Virus record (IMG/VR): IMGVR_UViG_2558860386_000003
Source: a virus
Strand: one strand, 5' to 3'
DNA: 64,000 nucleotides
Each line of letters opens with the position of its first letter. Positions within the stretch are counted from its first letter, which is position 1. Of the stretch, positions 34,617 to 44,371 are shown one piece after another. A program made the translations under genes and the position numbers. The notes beneath the pieces are model-generated. The model was not told where the DNA came from and searched no databases. It saw nothing but the letters and a program-made list of their open reading frames with translations.

Positions 34617-37316
34617 GTGGCCGGCTTTGAGCTAAGGCCATACCAAACGCAATCTGTACAAGCAATCGAAGATGAGTGGGAAAAGGGGCGTCGAAAGACG
34701 CTCCTTGTTTTACCTACCGGATGCCATGCTAGGGGGCAAAAAGTCCTTCTAGCAAGTGGATTGACAAAAGCCGTCGAAGAGATTGGCCTTAGCGATACTC
34801 TTTTAGGAGCAGACGGCAAGCCGCGTAAAGTGCTACACCTCCACCACGGTAAGGATGATTTATACAAAATCACTCCAATTAAGGGGCAGCCATTTATCGT
34901 AAATTCGCAGCACATGCTATCACTTGTGCAAACAGGACTAAAGGGGCATCCTCAATACCCCTCACAAATTGGTGGAAAAATTACCGATGTTACAGTCAGC
35001 GAATATCTTACGTGGTCAAAAAACAAAAAACACACCCACAAGCTATATCGTAGTTCGGCTATTGAGAAGTTTCATGAAAACGATGGTAGTCATATTTCTA
35101 TAGACCCATATTTCCTTGGCGTTCTTCTTGGTGATGGAAATATAAAAAACTCAATCTCAATCACTACCATGGATAAAGAAATCGAACAAGAGATTGAGCG
35201 CCAATGCGAAGTCTACAATATGACTGTGCGCACAGAAAAAGCTGGAAGAGCGAATACTTTTCTTTTGCGCTGTGGATACGTTGGGGCAAAGGGTGGGCTA
35301 CTTCACCAGCAGCTTAAAGAACTCCACTTACGTGGAGTTGGCTCAGCAGGTAAGTTCATTCCCCTTGTGTATAAAGCTGCACCACTAGAAAAACGATTAG
35401 AAATATTAGCTGGCGTTATCGACACGGACGGCAGCAAAGCTCAATGCTGTGGATATGATTTCATCTCAAAATCACGGCAGCTATCAGAAGATGTGGCTTT
35501 TATTGCTCGTTCAGCTGGCCTTGCTGCATATGTCTCAAAATCCATAAAGACCTGCCAGGGCGGTTTTGTTGGGACATACTGGCGTGTATCAATTAGCGGA
35601 GATTGCTCAATAATCCCCTGTCGCGTAAAAGCCAAACAATGCGCAAAGCGCAAACAAAAGAAAAGCGTTTTGCGCACTGGTTTTAGCGTTGAGCATATTG
35701 GCTTTGGAGAATATTTTGGTTTTACCGTTGATGGCGACAACCGTTACCTATTGGATGACTTCACCGTTACTCATAACTGCGGTAAAACCATCGTCTTTTC
35801 TGAGATAGCCAAAAGACGCGTTGATGCAGGAGAGCGCGTCTTGATACTGGCACATCGAGGAGAGTTGCTTGAGCAGGCTGCAGACAAACTCGCACGCTCT
35901 ACTGGCCTTGCGTGCGCAGTTGAGAAAGCCGAAAACACCTCAGTTGGTCGTTTTGAGTCTGTGGTGGTAGGAAGCGTCCAGACGCTCATGCGCCAGTCCA
36001 GGCTCGATGCGCTAGGAGCTGATAGATTTAGCACCATTATCGTAGATGAAGCCCACCACGCCCTATCAAGTTCGTACCAAGCAGTGCTTGACTACTTTAG
36101 CGCCGCTAAGGTTTTAGGCGTTACAGCCACGCCCGACAGAGGAGACCGCAAAAACCTAGGAGAGCTGTTCGACAGCCTGGCCTACGAGTACTCACTTCCA
36201 CAAGCTATTAAGGATGGCTATTTATGTCCCATAGAAGCGCAGACCATACCGCTTTCGCTTGATTTAAGTCATGTGGGCGTGCAGGCAGGCGATTTTAAGT
36301 CAGCTGATTTGGGGGACGCCCTCGAGCCGTATTTAGAGCAAATCGCGCAGGAGATGTATGAAGCGCAGTGCATGGACAGAAAGACCGTTGTATTTTTGCC
36401 CCTTATCGCCACCTCGCAAAAATTCCGTGACATCCTAAACAGGCATGGCTTTAGGGCAGCCGAGGTAAACGGGCAATCGTCCAACAGAGCCGAGGTCTTA
36501 AAAGACTTCGAGCGCGGCAAATACAATGTGCTGTGCAATTCCATGCTCTTAACCGAAGGCTGGGACTGCCCAAGCGTGGATTGCATTATCGTTTTGCGGC
36601 CTACCAAGGTAAGAAGTCTTTATTGTCAGATGGTAGGACGTGGCACTCGCCTATCACCCGAGACCGGCAAGGACAAGCTGCTTTTGCTTGATTTTCTGTG
36701 GCACACCGAGCGCCACGAACTGTGCCGCCCGGCACATCTAATCGCAAAAACTGACGAAGTCGCCCAGGCTATGACGAAAATCGTTGAGCAGCAGCGCGTA
36801 CCGATTGACCTTGAAGAGGTCGAGAAGAGCGCCGAAAACAATGTTGCGCAGGCTCGAGAGGAATCTTTGGCCAAACAGCTTGCAGAGATGCGCACCAAAA
36901 AGCGTAAGCTTGTAGACCCCTTGCAATACGAGATGTCCATCATGGACGCCGACCTGCAGAATTACGTGCCCAGTTTTGGCTGGGAAATGGCCCCACCATC
37001 AGATAAACAGCTTAAAGCACTTGAGAGCCATGGCATTTTTGCAGACGGCATTGAGTGTGCCGGTAAAGCGTCACTTCTGCTTAATCGCCTAGACAAACGC
37101 AAAGCAGAAGGTATGAGCTCTGCTAAGCAGATTCGTTTGCTTGAGCGCTACGGGTTTAAGCATGTTGGCGAATGGTCACTTGACCAGGCGTCAAGACTAA
37201 TTAGCCGGCTGTCTGCCAATGGCTGGCGCGTACCGCATGCAATAGATCCAGCAAGCTATGTCCCACCACAAATCGAGAAAGACGAAATGCCAGCAGTGCC
37301 ATTTTTGAGCTGGTAA
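34617..37316 (+). CDS. SF2 (DEAH) helicase containing an intein
   Basis: LRPYQ, PTG|CGKT, DEAHH, TATP, QMVGRGTR. Confidence 0.92.
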   Translation: MAGFELRPYQTQSVQAIEDEWEKGRRKTLLVLPTGCHARGQKVLLASGLTKAVEEIGLSDTLLGADGKPRKVLHLHHGKDDLYKITPIKGQPFIVNSQHMLSLVQTGLKGHPQYPSQIGGKITDVTVSEYLTWSKNKKHTHKLYRSSAIEKFHENDGSHISIDPYFLGVLLGDGNIKNSISITTMDKEIEQEIERQCEVYNMTVRTEKAGRANTFLLRCGYVGAKGGLLHQQLKELHLRGVGSAGKFIPLVYKAAPLEKRLEILAGVIDTDGSKAQCCGYDFISKSRQLSEDVAFIARSAGLAAYVSKSIKTCQGGFVGTYWRVSISGDCSIIPCRVKAKQCAKRKQKKSVLRTGFSVEHIGFGEYFGFTVDGDNRYLLDDFTVTHNCGKTIVFSEIAKRRVDAGERVLILAHRGELLEQAADKLARSTGLACAVEKAENTSVGRFESVVVGSVQTLMRQSRLDALGADRFSTIIVDEAHHALSSSYQAVLDYFSAAKVLGVTATPDRGDRKNLGELFDSLAYEYSLPQAIKDGYLCPIEAQTIPLSLDLSHVGVQAGDFKSADLGDALEPYLEQIAQEMYEAQCMDRKTVVFLPLIATSQKFRDILNRHGFRAAEVNGQSSNRAEVLKDFERGKYNVLCNSMLLTEGWDCPSVDCIIVLRPTKVRSLYCQMVGRGTRLSPETGKDKLLLLDFLWHTERHELCRPAHLIAKTDEVAQAMTKIVEQQRVPIDLEEVEKSAENNVAQAREESLAKQLAEMRTKKRKLVDPLQYEMSIMDADLQNYVPSFGWEMAPPSDKQLKALESHGIFADGIECAGKASLLLNRLDKRKAEGMSSAKQIRLLERYGFKHVGEWSLDQASRLISRLSANGWRVPHAIDPASYVPPQIEKDEMPAVPFLSW
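34722..35777 (+). mobile_element. Intein with LAGLIDADG homing endonuclease (352 aa)
   Basis: Starts CHARG, ends THN before Cys; LGVLLGDG and LAGVIDTDG blocks. Confidence 0.92.
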
Positions 37317-37338
37317 AACGCAAAGCATAGGAGAAAAA

Positions 37339-37752
37339 ATGAAAAAGAACCTTATCAGTATTGCCGTCGCAGTACTTGTAGTAGTTGCTGCAACGGTCGC
37401 AGCACTAAGCCTTAGTGGCTGCACGGAGTCAGAGAGAGTTTCACACAACGTCAGCAAGGAAGCCGACAACTTCAACGTGGTCAGGCGCTTAACGGTCATC
37501 AATTGCCGCTCTGACAAAGTTACACTGCAGCTTACGGGCACGTTTTCTATTAGCAAAAACAAAGATACCAACGAGCTTGAAGTTACGTGTGAATTGCCAG
37601 ACGGAAAGTACACCAAACATTTCGTCTATCTCAATGAGTGGACGTGCTACACGGTCGAGGATTTGAGCGGCTCTAACGTCGATAAGTACAGCTACGAGAT
37701 TAATTTCTTGCCTGAGCAAATCCCTGGCGTAAAGATTACGAGTAAGGACTAG
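37339..37752 (+). CDS. Phage lipoprotein
   Basis: Signal peptide with LSGC lipobox. Confidence 0.75.
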   Translation: MKKNLISIAVAVLVVVAATVAALSLSGCTESERVSHNVSKEADNFNVVRRLTVINCRSDKVTLQLTGTFSISKNKDTNELEVTCELPDGKYTKHFVYLNEWTCYTVEDLSGSNVDKYSYEINFLPEQIPGVKITSKD

Positions 37753-37754
37753 AC

Positions 37755-38096
37755 ATGACCAATTCATTGCCTAACCATCGCCCAGAGGTAGCGGAAGGGT
37801 TACGGAACGGCGCCAATAGCGAGACTTTACCACTTATTCTAAATGTTGCGTTTGCTGCATTCACTAACGACGGGTATAGCGCAATAACTGTAACTGCGCT
37901 ACAAGCAGCCCGTCGTCTCGCCGACCTCATAGACCCCACATGTACGGCAATCGTAGACGAAACCCATGGCATGGATGATGAGCTTGTCTGCTCGTCGTGC
38001 GGATGTACCCTTGGATTTATCGTAGACAACCAACCACCAACGTTAACGAAATATTGCCCTAGCTGTGGGTCACGCATTGTAAGGGAGGTGGAGTAG
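37755..38096 (+). CDS. Zn-ribbon hypothetical protein
   Basis: CSSCG...YCPSCGSRI. Confidence 0.65.
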   Translation: MTNSLPNHRPEVAEGLRNGANSETLPLILNVAFAAFTNDGYSAITVTALQAARRLADLIDPTCTAIVDETHGMDDELVCSSCGCTLGFIVDNQPPTLTKYCPSCGSRIVREVE

Positions 38097-38098
38097 AG

Positions 38099-38518
38099 AT
38101 GAGCGAAACGCTAAAGGACATTGCCTTTGATTTAGCTAACAGATTGGCCTACGCCAACGCAAAGCTAGACTATGTCGGACTAAGTGGCTACGACTGCATA
38201 AAACAATACAGCCAAGACGTAGAAGGGGTTCGCAAAATCTATTTTTACCAGCTCGAGCAGCGCATTAAAGCAGCAGAAGCAGAAGCTAAACCATCATGTA
38301 ATGAACTGCAGCGGGTAGACGCAACAATAGGCAGCAGTGCTAATTCTCTGCGCAAGACACATTCGAAAAGCTTTTTTGTCGGATGCGAAATTGACAGCCC
38401 GTACGCAAATAATCGCTTGTTTAAAGAGGACAGCAAGTATGTTGTCCTTCAGCTGGGCCACATCAGTGACAAATGGTTGATTTTCGAGCTGGTCAAAAAA
38501 GACGAGTATGAAGTTTAA
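38099..38518 (+). CDS. Hypothetical protein
   Basis: ORF with GGAGG SD within the operon. Confidence 0.55.
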   Translation: MSETLKDIAFDLANRLAYANAKLDYVGLSGYDCIKQYSQDVEGVRKIYFYQLEQRIKAAEAEAKPSCNELQRVDATIGSSANSLRKTHSKSFFVGCEIDSPYANNRLFKEDSKYVVLQLGHISDKWLIFELVKKDEYEV

Positions 38519-38548
38519 GAACAAACAACAACTACATACGTACGCATT

Positions 38549-38606
38549 GGGGAGTACACACGTGCTCCCCTTTTGTAAACAAAAGGACCTTTTTGTAAAC
38601 AAAAGG
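38549..38606 (+). promoter_or_regulatory. Terminator-like hairpin followed by tandem palindromes overlapping the primase SD
   Basis: GGGGAGTAC/GTGCTCCCC + TTTT; TTTTGTAAACAAAAGG x2. Confidence 0.55.
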
Positions 38607-38615
38607 AGGTAATTT

Positions 38616-41030
38616 ATGGCCACACAAGCACACGCAGACCTGCCAGACATCGTAGACAGAATAGATCCTGCTGAATGCGATTACACCGAGTGGACACAAA
38701 TTGGCATGGCGCTCAAAGCCTGCGGGTTTGGCGTCGAGGTCTGGGACACATGGAGCGCAAAGGACCACAAGCGCTACCACCAAGGAGAGTGTCAAAAGAA
38801 GTGGGCGACATTTGACGGAGAGGGTGTAAGCTCTGGCACCATCATCCATATTGCCGAGGACCACAATGTCGATATCTTCCCAGAAGAAGACAAGGGACAG
38901 CCCATAGGCTGGGATGAGCCTATAGAAAACACCCCAGATTATGACTACGAAGATTACGATTTTTATAACAACAAACACAAGGCTCCCGAAAAAGACGAGA
39001 CCGTATTTATTGACCGTACCTGGGTGGAGGGCAAACCCCTGCCTGTGCCGTCTGACGAGGCATGGAACCCGATACAAGAGATTGCGACCTACATATCAAC
39101 GCTGTTTGAAGCAGACGAGTATGTGGGCTACGTCATGGAGTCCTGGGAAAAAGACGGTCGTTACTTACCATCGAAAGGCTCATACGCACGCACCAGCTCA
39201 GAGATTTTGCGCGACTTAGACCGCTACCACGACATCGGTAAGGCCATGGGTGATTACAACGAACAGGGCGGTGCCTGGATACGCTTTAACGCTCTGGATG
39301 GCCAGGGGGTCCGCAACTCCAACGTGGCGGAGTTTAGATACGCGCTTGTTGAGTCTGACTCCATGAGCAAGGAAATGCAGTACGCGCTTATGGAGCAGTT
39401 GGAGTTGCCAATAGCCACACTTGTAGATTCAGGCAACAAAAGCCTGCACGCCATAGTTCGTGTTGATGCGACTGACTACGCCGAGTACAAAAAGCGAGTG
39501 GATTCGCTGTATGAAGTCTGCAAGAAAAACGGTCTTATTTTAGATACGCAAAATAAAAATCCTAGTCGCTTGTCGCGCTTGCCCGGTGTTATGCGAGGGC
39601 AAAACAAGCAATATCTTGTGGCTACCAATATAGGTAAAGAATCCTGGGCGCAGTGGTGGGATTGGATCCAGGCAGTAAATGACGACCTGCCAGACCCAGA
39701 AGGCTTGGCCGAGATATGGGACGACATGCCGCAATTAGCACCACCCCTAATCGATGGAGTGCTTCGCCAGGGCCACAAGATGCTCATTGCAGGGCCTTCC
39801 AAGGCAGGCAAATCCTACGCTTTGATTGAGCTGTGTGCTGCCATTGCAGAAGGGAAAACTTGGTTTGGGTGGCAATGCGCACAAGGGCGTGTACTGTACG
39901 TCAATTTGGAGCTAGACCGCCCAAGCGCTCTGCACCGCTTCCGCGACGTGTACGCAGCCCTGGGATGGGCGCCTACCAACATCAGAAATATTGATATTTG
40001 GAATCTGCGTGGCAAGTCAGTTCCCATGGATAAGCTAGCGCCAAAGCTCATTAGGCGCTCCGCGAAAAAGAACTATATCGCTGTGGTTATCGACCCTATC
40101 TATAAGGTAATTACAGGTGATGAAAACTCCGCAGACCAAATGGCAGCGTTTTGCAATTCATTCGATTTAGTGGCATCACAACTTGGGTGTGCGGTAATTT
40201 ACTGCCACCACCACTCGAAGGGTGCGCAAGGCTCTAAGCGCTCTATGGACCGCGCCAGTGGCTCTGGAGTGTTTGCTCGTGACCCGGACGCACTTATCGA
40301 CATGAGCAAGCTCAATGTCACAGACGATGTATTGCAAGCGCGTCAAAGTGAAGTCGATTGGCTGCAAATACAGGCATGGATGAATATGTATGTCCCTGGG
40401 TGGAAGCAGACGCTCACACCAGACGAGCAAGCAGGCCCTGTGGCAGTATGCGCCTGGGCACAGCAGCATCTGACGCCGCAGTACTACCAAAGCCTTCTGT
40501 CAATTGGCGAAGCTACCAAACAGGCCGCAAAGACCTGGACTGCATGGAGACTGGATGGAACCCTGCGAGAGTTTCCGAAGTTCGATGAGAAGAACCTGTG
40601 GTTCCAGTATCCGCTGCATTGCCCAGACCTTACAGGGGCGCTTGATGACCTATTGGTCGAGGGTGAATACGTGAATATCTACGACAAAAACGACCCGAAG
40701 GCGCAGAAACTGCGGAGCAAAGGGCCAGAGACACGTCACAAAAAAGCAATAGAAGCTCAAGAGAAGAAGAAAAGAGCAGTACGCGCTGGTCTTGAGGTAT
40801 GCGCAGAAAACGGGACCGAATCTACGCGTGCAATCTTGCTTGAAGCAATAAATGATTGCGAGCTCTACGAAGACGGCGAAATGACCGCAAAAATGCTAAA
40901 AAACATCACTACACAAAGCGTATCTCCGTGGTCCCCGTTTTATGTTGACCCAAAAACCAAGTGTGTAATTGACACCCATTCAGATGAGGATAAGCCCCTT
41001 GATTGGGATGGAAGCATAAAGGAACCTTAA
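38616..41030 (+). CDS. Primase-helicase (PriCT-2 + AAA_25)
   Basis: YTEW..IGMALK, SGNKSLH, GPSKAGKS, IDPIYK, HHHSKG. Confidence 0.88.
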   Translation: MATQAHADLPDIVDRIDPAECDYTEWTQIGMALKACGFGVEVWDTWSAKDHKRYHQGECQKKWATFDGEGVSSGTIIHIAEDHNVDIFPEEDKGQPIGWDEPIENTPDYDYEDYDFYNNKHKAPEKDETVFIDRTWVEGKPLPVPSDEAWNPIQEIATYISTLFEADEYVGYVMESWEKDGRYLPSKGSYARTSSEILRDLDRYHDIGKAMGDYNEQGGAWIRFNALDGQGVRNSNVAEFRYALVESDSMSKEMQYALMEQLELPIATLVDSGNKSLHAIVRVDATDYAEYKKRVDSLYEVCKKNGLILDTQNKNPSRLSRLPGVMRGQNKQYLVATNIGKESWAQWWDWIQAVNDDLPDPEGLAEIWDDMPQLAPPLIDGVLRQGHKMLIAGPSKAGKSYALIELCAAIAEGKTWFGWQCAQGRVLYVNLELDRPSALHRFRDVYAALGWAPTNIRNIDIWNLRGKSVPMDKLAPKLIRRSAKKNYIAVVIDPIYKVITGDENSADQMAAFCNSFDLVASQLGCAVIYCHHHSKGAQGSKRSMDRASGSGVFARDPDALIDMSKLNVTDDVLQARQSEVDWLQIQAWMNMYVPGWKQTLTPDEQAGPVAVCAWAQQHLTPQYYQSLLSIGEATKQAAKTWTAWRLDGTLREFPKFDEKNLWFQYPLHCPDLTGALDDLLVEGEYVNIYDKNDPKAQKLRSKGPETRHKKAIEAQEKKKRAVRAGLEVCAENGTESTRAILLEAINDCELYEDGEMTAKMLKNITTQSVSPWSPFYVDPKTKCVIDTHSDEDKPLDWDGSIKEP

Positions 41031-41097
41031 AAGGCTAGGTTAGGGGCTAGGACTGTATTAAAGTTATACATATCTAGCTAGACATCTAATATCCCTA

Positions 41098-41155
41098 GTA
41101 GGGGTACTCCTAGGTGTGGCGAGAAGCTGCGCCACACACACCTAGAGACCCCTAC
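41098..41155. other. Long imperfect hairpin after primase, putative origin element
   Basis: GTAGGGGT/ACCCCTAC, CTAGGTGTG/CACACCTAG and GTGTGGCG/CGCCACAC pairings. Confidence 0.45.
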
Positions 41156-41230
41156 ATAGAGATAGAAAACCAGTCCCTGACGAAAAATTAAATAATAAAC
41201 TTAGATTTATAACTTAGAAAGGCATAAAAT

Positions 41231-41551
41231 ATGACTATCACAAATGAACCTACCATTGATGACTATGCAAAGTATTACGAAGTAATAGCTAATGCAGCAG
41301 AAGACACTCAGTACCTACAGACAGATATATGCGATTGTCTTGAAAATTACGCTGGAAGTATCAAAAAGAAATTAGCAAGTGTAGTTCGCTTGTCTCAGGA
41401 CACGCACCTAGCCAATGCAACCAAAGTAGAGCTTGTACAAGTCGAGCAGGCATCTCAAGCAATCCACGAAGCATTAGCACAGCTTGTGGTGGCAGCAGAA
41501 AAACTAGACCAGGGATATATCATGCTTAGCGCATTGGTCGAGGAGGTTTAA
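41231..41551 (+). CDS. Hypothetical protein
   Basis: ORF with AAAGG SD. Confidence 0.55.
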   Translation: MTITNEPTIDDYAKYYEVIANAAEDTQYLQTDICDCLENYAGSIKKKLASVVRLSQDTHLANATKVELVQVEQASQAIHEALAQLVVAAEKLDQGYIMLSALVEEV

Positions 41552-41730
41552 ATGAATATTTGGCACGTCATATACATCATTGCCTTGTTGGCTGTACTTA
41601 AAACAGCGATTAGAAAAAGAGTTACAGACAATTTTTCCGGTATAGCAATTGACTCGCATTTGGTCGGCTTCATTTTGGTCGTGTCTGCTGTTTTGTGGTG
41701 GTTCGGCTTTTTCAAGGGGATGTTTTAGCC

Positions 41731-42126
41731 GTGAAAAACACGATTGAGTTCTTTGAGCCTATGCGGCTGCCGAAAACTACACCACAGGCAAAAAAGTTTA
41801 ATACGGCTACAAGGCGTCTGTACGACGATTCTAGGCTCGCAGAAGCAAGACAATGTGTAATTAGTCATATTGCGAAATATAGGCCCGCAAAACGGCTCAC
41901 AGGCGCTCTGGGTCTTGAGTTGGTATTGGTGTATGAGCCAACCGGCAAACACAAGCCTGGACAGCCATATACGCAAAAGCCAGACTGGGATAACGCAACT
42001 AAACTTATCCAGGACGCTATGGCAGCATGTCAGTTCATGGAAGATGACAAGCAGATTGTTTGTGCGAAAGTGACGCAAGCCTATGGAGAGCCGTGGGGGT
42101 TGTACGTAAAACTCTACGAAATTTGA
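41731..42126 (+). CDS. rusA: RusA-family Holliday junction resolvase
   Basis: KPDWDN..K...D and DDKQIV motifs. Confidence 0.85.
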   Translation: MKNTIEFFEPMRLPKTTPQAKKFNTATRRLYDDSRLAEARQCVISHIAKYRPAKRLTGALGLELVLVYEPTGKHKPGQPYTQKPDWDNATKLIQDAMAACQFMEDDKQIVCAKVTQAYGEPWGLYVKLYEI

Positions 42127-42155
42127 TTTTTGGTTATCTTCCAGACCGATAACAG

Positions 42156-42185
42156 AAAGCCGTCCAATATGGGCGGCTTTTTTGT
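42156..42185 (+). terminator. Terminator ending the early/middle operon
   Basis: AAAGCCGTCC/GGGCGGCTTT + T-tract. Confidence 0.8.
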
Positions 42186-42258
42186 TAGTGCGATATACTT
42201 TTTTGCGTTGAAAAATGGATATGCTCACGCGACACACGAGTTTGGTTTGGCGGCCACT

Positions 42259-42278
42259 CGTTATCGCGCACATAGACT
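42259..42278 (+). promoter_or_regulatory. Phage 2 late-promoter-like box CGTTATC-N7-TAGACT
   Basis: Same spacing as copies at 47819, 51275 and 57740. Confidence 0.6.
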
Positions 42279-42308
42279 TTCTGTAACGATACAACAGGAG
42301 GTCAAGGC

Positions 42309-42689
42309 GTGAGTATGGATATAGGAACAAGTGTTCCATACATAAAACATCCACAATTAAATAGGCGCGTAAAATGGTCCGAGGAAGAACTCGAGACCTT
42401 ACGTACCCATCCTGAAATGACCTCACAAGAACTTAGTGAGATATTGCCCGGACGCTCTGCTCTGGCTATCAGACACATGAGAGCGCGTCACGGGCGTTGG
42501 CAGGCTGCTATTCCTATTTGTTCGGTATGCGGACAGCGCATTGTGTGGACCGAGTCAGCTCGTGCAAAAGCGATGGGTCTGTGCAAGGGATGCTATTTAC
42601 ATGAGATGGAGCACAGGCGCCGCGAAGACGCTCGCGCAAACGCCCTGCGCCAAAGTCTGTTCAAGGAGAAAAGGCGGCGCCAATGCTAG
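42309..42689 (+). CDS. Myb-like HTH + C4 zinc-finger protein
   Basis: WSEEE...PGRS..AI...CSVC...LCKGCY. Confidence 0.65.
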   Translation: MSMDIGTSVPYIKHPQLNRRVKWSEEELETLRTHPEMTSQELSEILPGRSALAIRHMRARHGRWQAAIPICSVCGQRIVWTESARAKAMGLCKGCYLHEMEHRRREDARANALRQSLFKEKRRRQC

Positions 42690-44362
42690 GCAAAGACCCG
42701 CTGAAAAACGATAGATACGAAAAGTACTGCCTTTTGCGCGCTGCTGGAAAGACACGCCAGCAAGCAATGTATGAGGTATATCCATCACGCAGAAATTGGA
42801 AACCTGCTTCCGTTGACAACAAGGCTTATGCGTTGGAAAAGCTTGGCGATGTACAGGCGAGAATCCTATATCTGAAAAACCAAATAGCAAAAGAAGCGAT
42901 TATCAGCAAAAGCGACGTCTTAGCGGGTATGTCAGAAACGTTTCAGGAATCGCGCAAGGTAATCAAATACGAAGGCATAAGCCGCGATGCAATCCAGGGC
43001 GTGGCGGCTTTAGGCAAGACATTGTTGGACGCTTTACCTGATGAAGTGCCAGACGAGCAAATCGCTTATGTACGTGATTTTGGCGTGCTAATTGCTGAGC
43101 CATTCTTTGCGGCGCACCGCGTGATTGCGCAGGATAAGGGCGGCGAGTTTTGGTTTTATGGCGGGCGTGCATCCACCAAAAGCTCATGTATCTCGCTTGA
43201 AATCGTAGACGGCTTAATGAAGCATTCCGAGCGAAGTGCATTTGTTGTAGTCAAGCGTAAGGCAGACATTCGCGAAGGCGTTTATGAGCAGATGCTGTGG
43301 GCGTTGCGCAAGCACGGCGTAGAGGACGTGTGGGACTGTACGGTGTCCCCCTTGCGTATGCGCAGCAAGGCAACAGGACAAGTCATTATTTTTCGTGGTG
43401 GCGATAATACGGAGAAAACGAAGTCCGTTAAAGCGCCCGACGGTACGTATTTTGCTTATACATGGATAGAGGAAGCCGACCAGTTCGCTGGCATGAGTGA
43501 GATACGTACTATTTATCAGTCAGTTACGCGTGACGCTGGACCAGATGCCGTATATTTCCGCTTTCATTCGTTCAATCCTCCGCGTTCGCGTTCTAGCTGG
43601 GCAAACAAAAAAATTGAAGAACTTATCGCAGGTGGCACGCCTGTTTACAAGGCTAATTACAACGATGTTCCGCCTGAGTGGGTGCCGTCACAGATTTACG
43701 AGGACGCAGAGGCGCTCAAGGCGGTTGATGAAGAATCGTATCTGCACGAATACATGGGAGAACCCGTAGGTTTTGGCGCTGAGGTGTTTAGTCGCTGCGA
43801 GGTGCGCCCCATCACGCTTGACGAGCGCCGTGAGCTTGAGCATCACTACTACGGTGTTGACTGGGGGTTTAGCCAGGACCCATGGGTGTGGCTCAAAATT
43901 GGGTACGACGCGAAGAAACGCACGCTTTACATCCTGGATGAAATGAGCGGTAAGGGCCTGTCCAATGAGCAGACCGCGCAAATGGTTATAGAGCGCATGG
44001 AGCATCCGTATTTAGATGAAAACGATAACGTTGTAGAAGACGCAGAGCCATTCGCATATGTAATGTGCGATGGTGCTGAGCCTAAAAGCATCGCGTCGTG
44101 GCGCGAGGAGGGTATTGAAGCTTTGGCTGCACCTAAACAAGGTGCGCATAACGTCAGAAATTCCATTCGCTGGTTGCAAGAGCGCACAAAGATTGTCATT
44201 GACCCCGTCTGCACTCTAGCTGCTGCAGAAATTCCTGCGTACCAATACGAGATGACTAAAGATGGCGAGATAACAGGTCTTTTGCCAGACAAGGATAACC
44301 ACGCAATCGATGCATTGCGTTATGCGTGCTCGACTCTCATCGATGACAGGCAGATGATTTAG
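42683..44362 (+). CDS. terL: Terminase large subunit with fused TerS-like N-terminus
   Basis: GGRASTKS, WIEE, GVDWG, DNHAIDALRY; first ~120 aa TerS-like. Confidence 0.88.
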   Translation: MLGKDPLKNDRYEKYCLLRAAGKTRQQAMYEVYPSRRNWKPASVDNKAYALEKLGDVQARILYLKNQIAKEAIISKSDVLAGMSETFQESRKVIKYEGISRDAIQGVAALGKTLLDALPDEVPDEQIAYVRDFGVLIAEPFFAAHRVIAQDKGGEFWFYGGRASTKSSCISLEIVDGLMKHSERSAFVVVKRKADIREGVYEQMLWALRKHGVEDVWDCTVSPLRMRSKATGQVIIFRGGDNTEKTKSVKAPDGTYFAYTWIEEADQFAGMSEIRTIYQSVTRDAGPDAVYFRFHSFNPPRSRSSWANKKIEELIAGGTPVYKANYNDVPPEWVPSQIYEDAEALKAVDEESYLHEYMGEPVGFGAEVFSRCEVRPITLDERRELEHHYYGVDWGFSQDPWVWLKIGYDAKKRTLYILDEMSGKGLSNEQTAQMVIERMEHPYLDENDNVVEDAEPFAYVMCDGAEPKSIASWREEGIEALAAPKQGAHNVRNSIRWLQERTKIVIDPVCTLAAAEIPAYQYEMTKDGEITGLLPDKDNHAIDALRYACSTLIDDRQMI

Positions 44363-44371
44363 GAGGATACA

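Noticed and set aside
19551..36445. Other CGTGACA/TGTCACG heptamers (~19551, ~27642, ~28231, ~36426)
   Set aside because: Inside coding sequence and not upstream of a gene start; treated as chance matches
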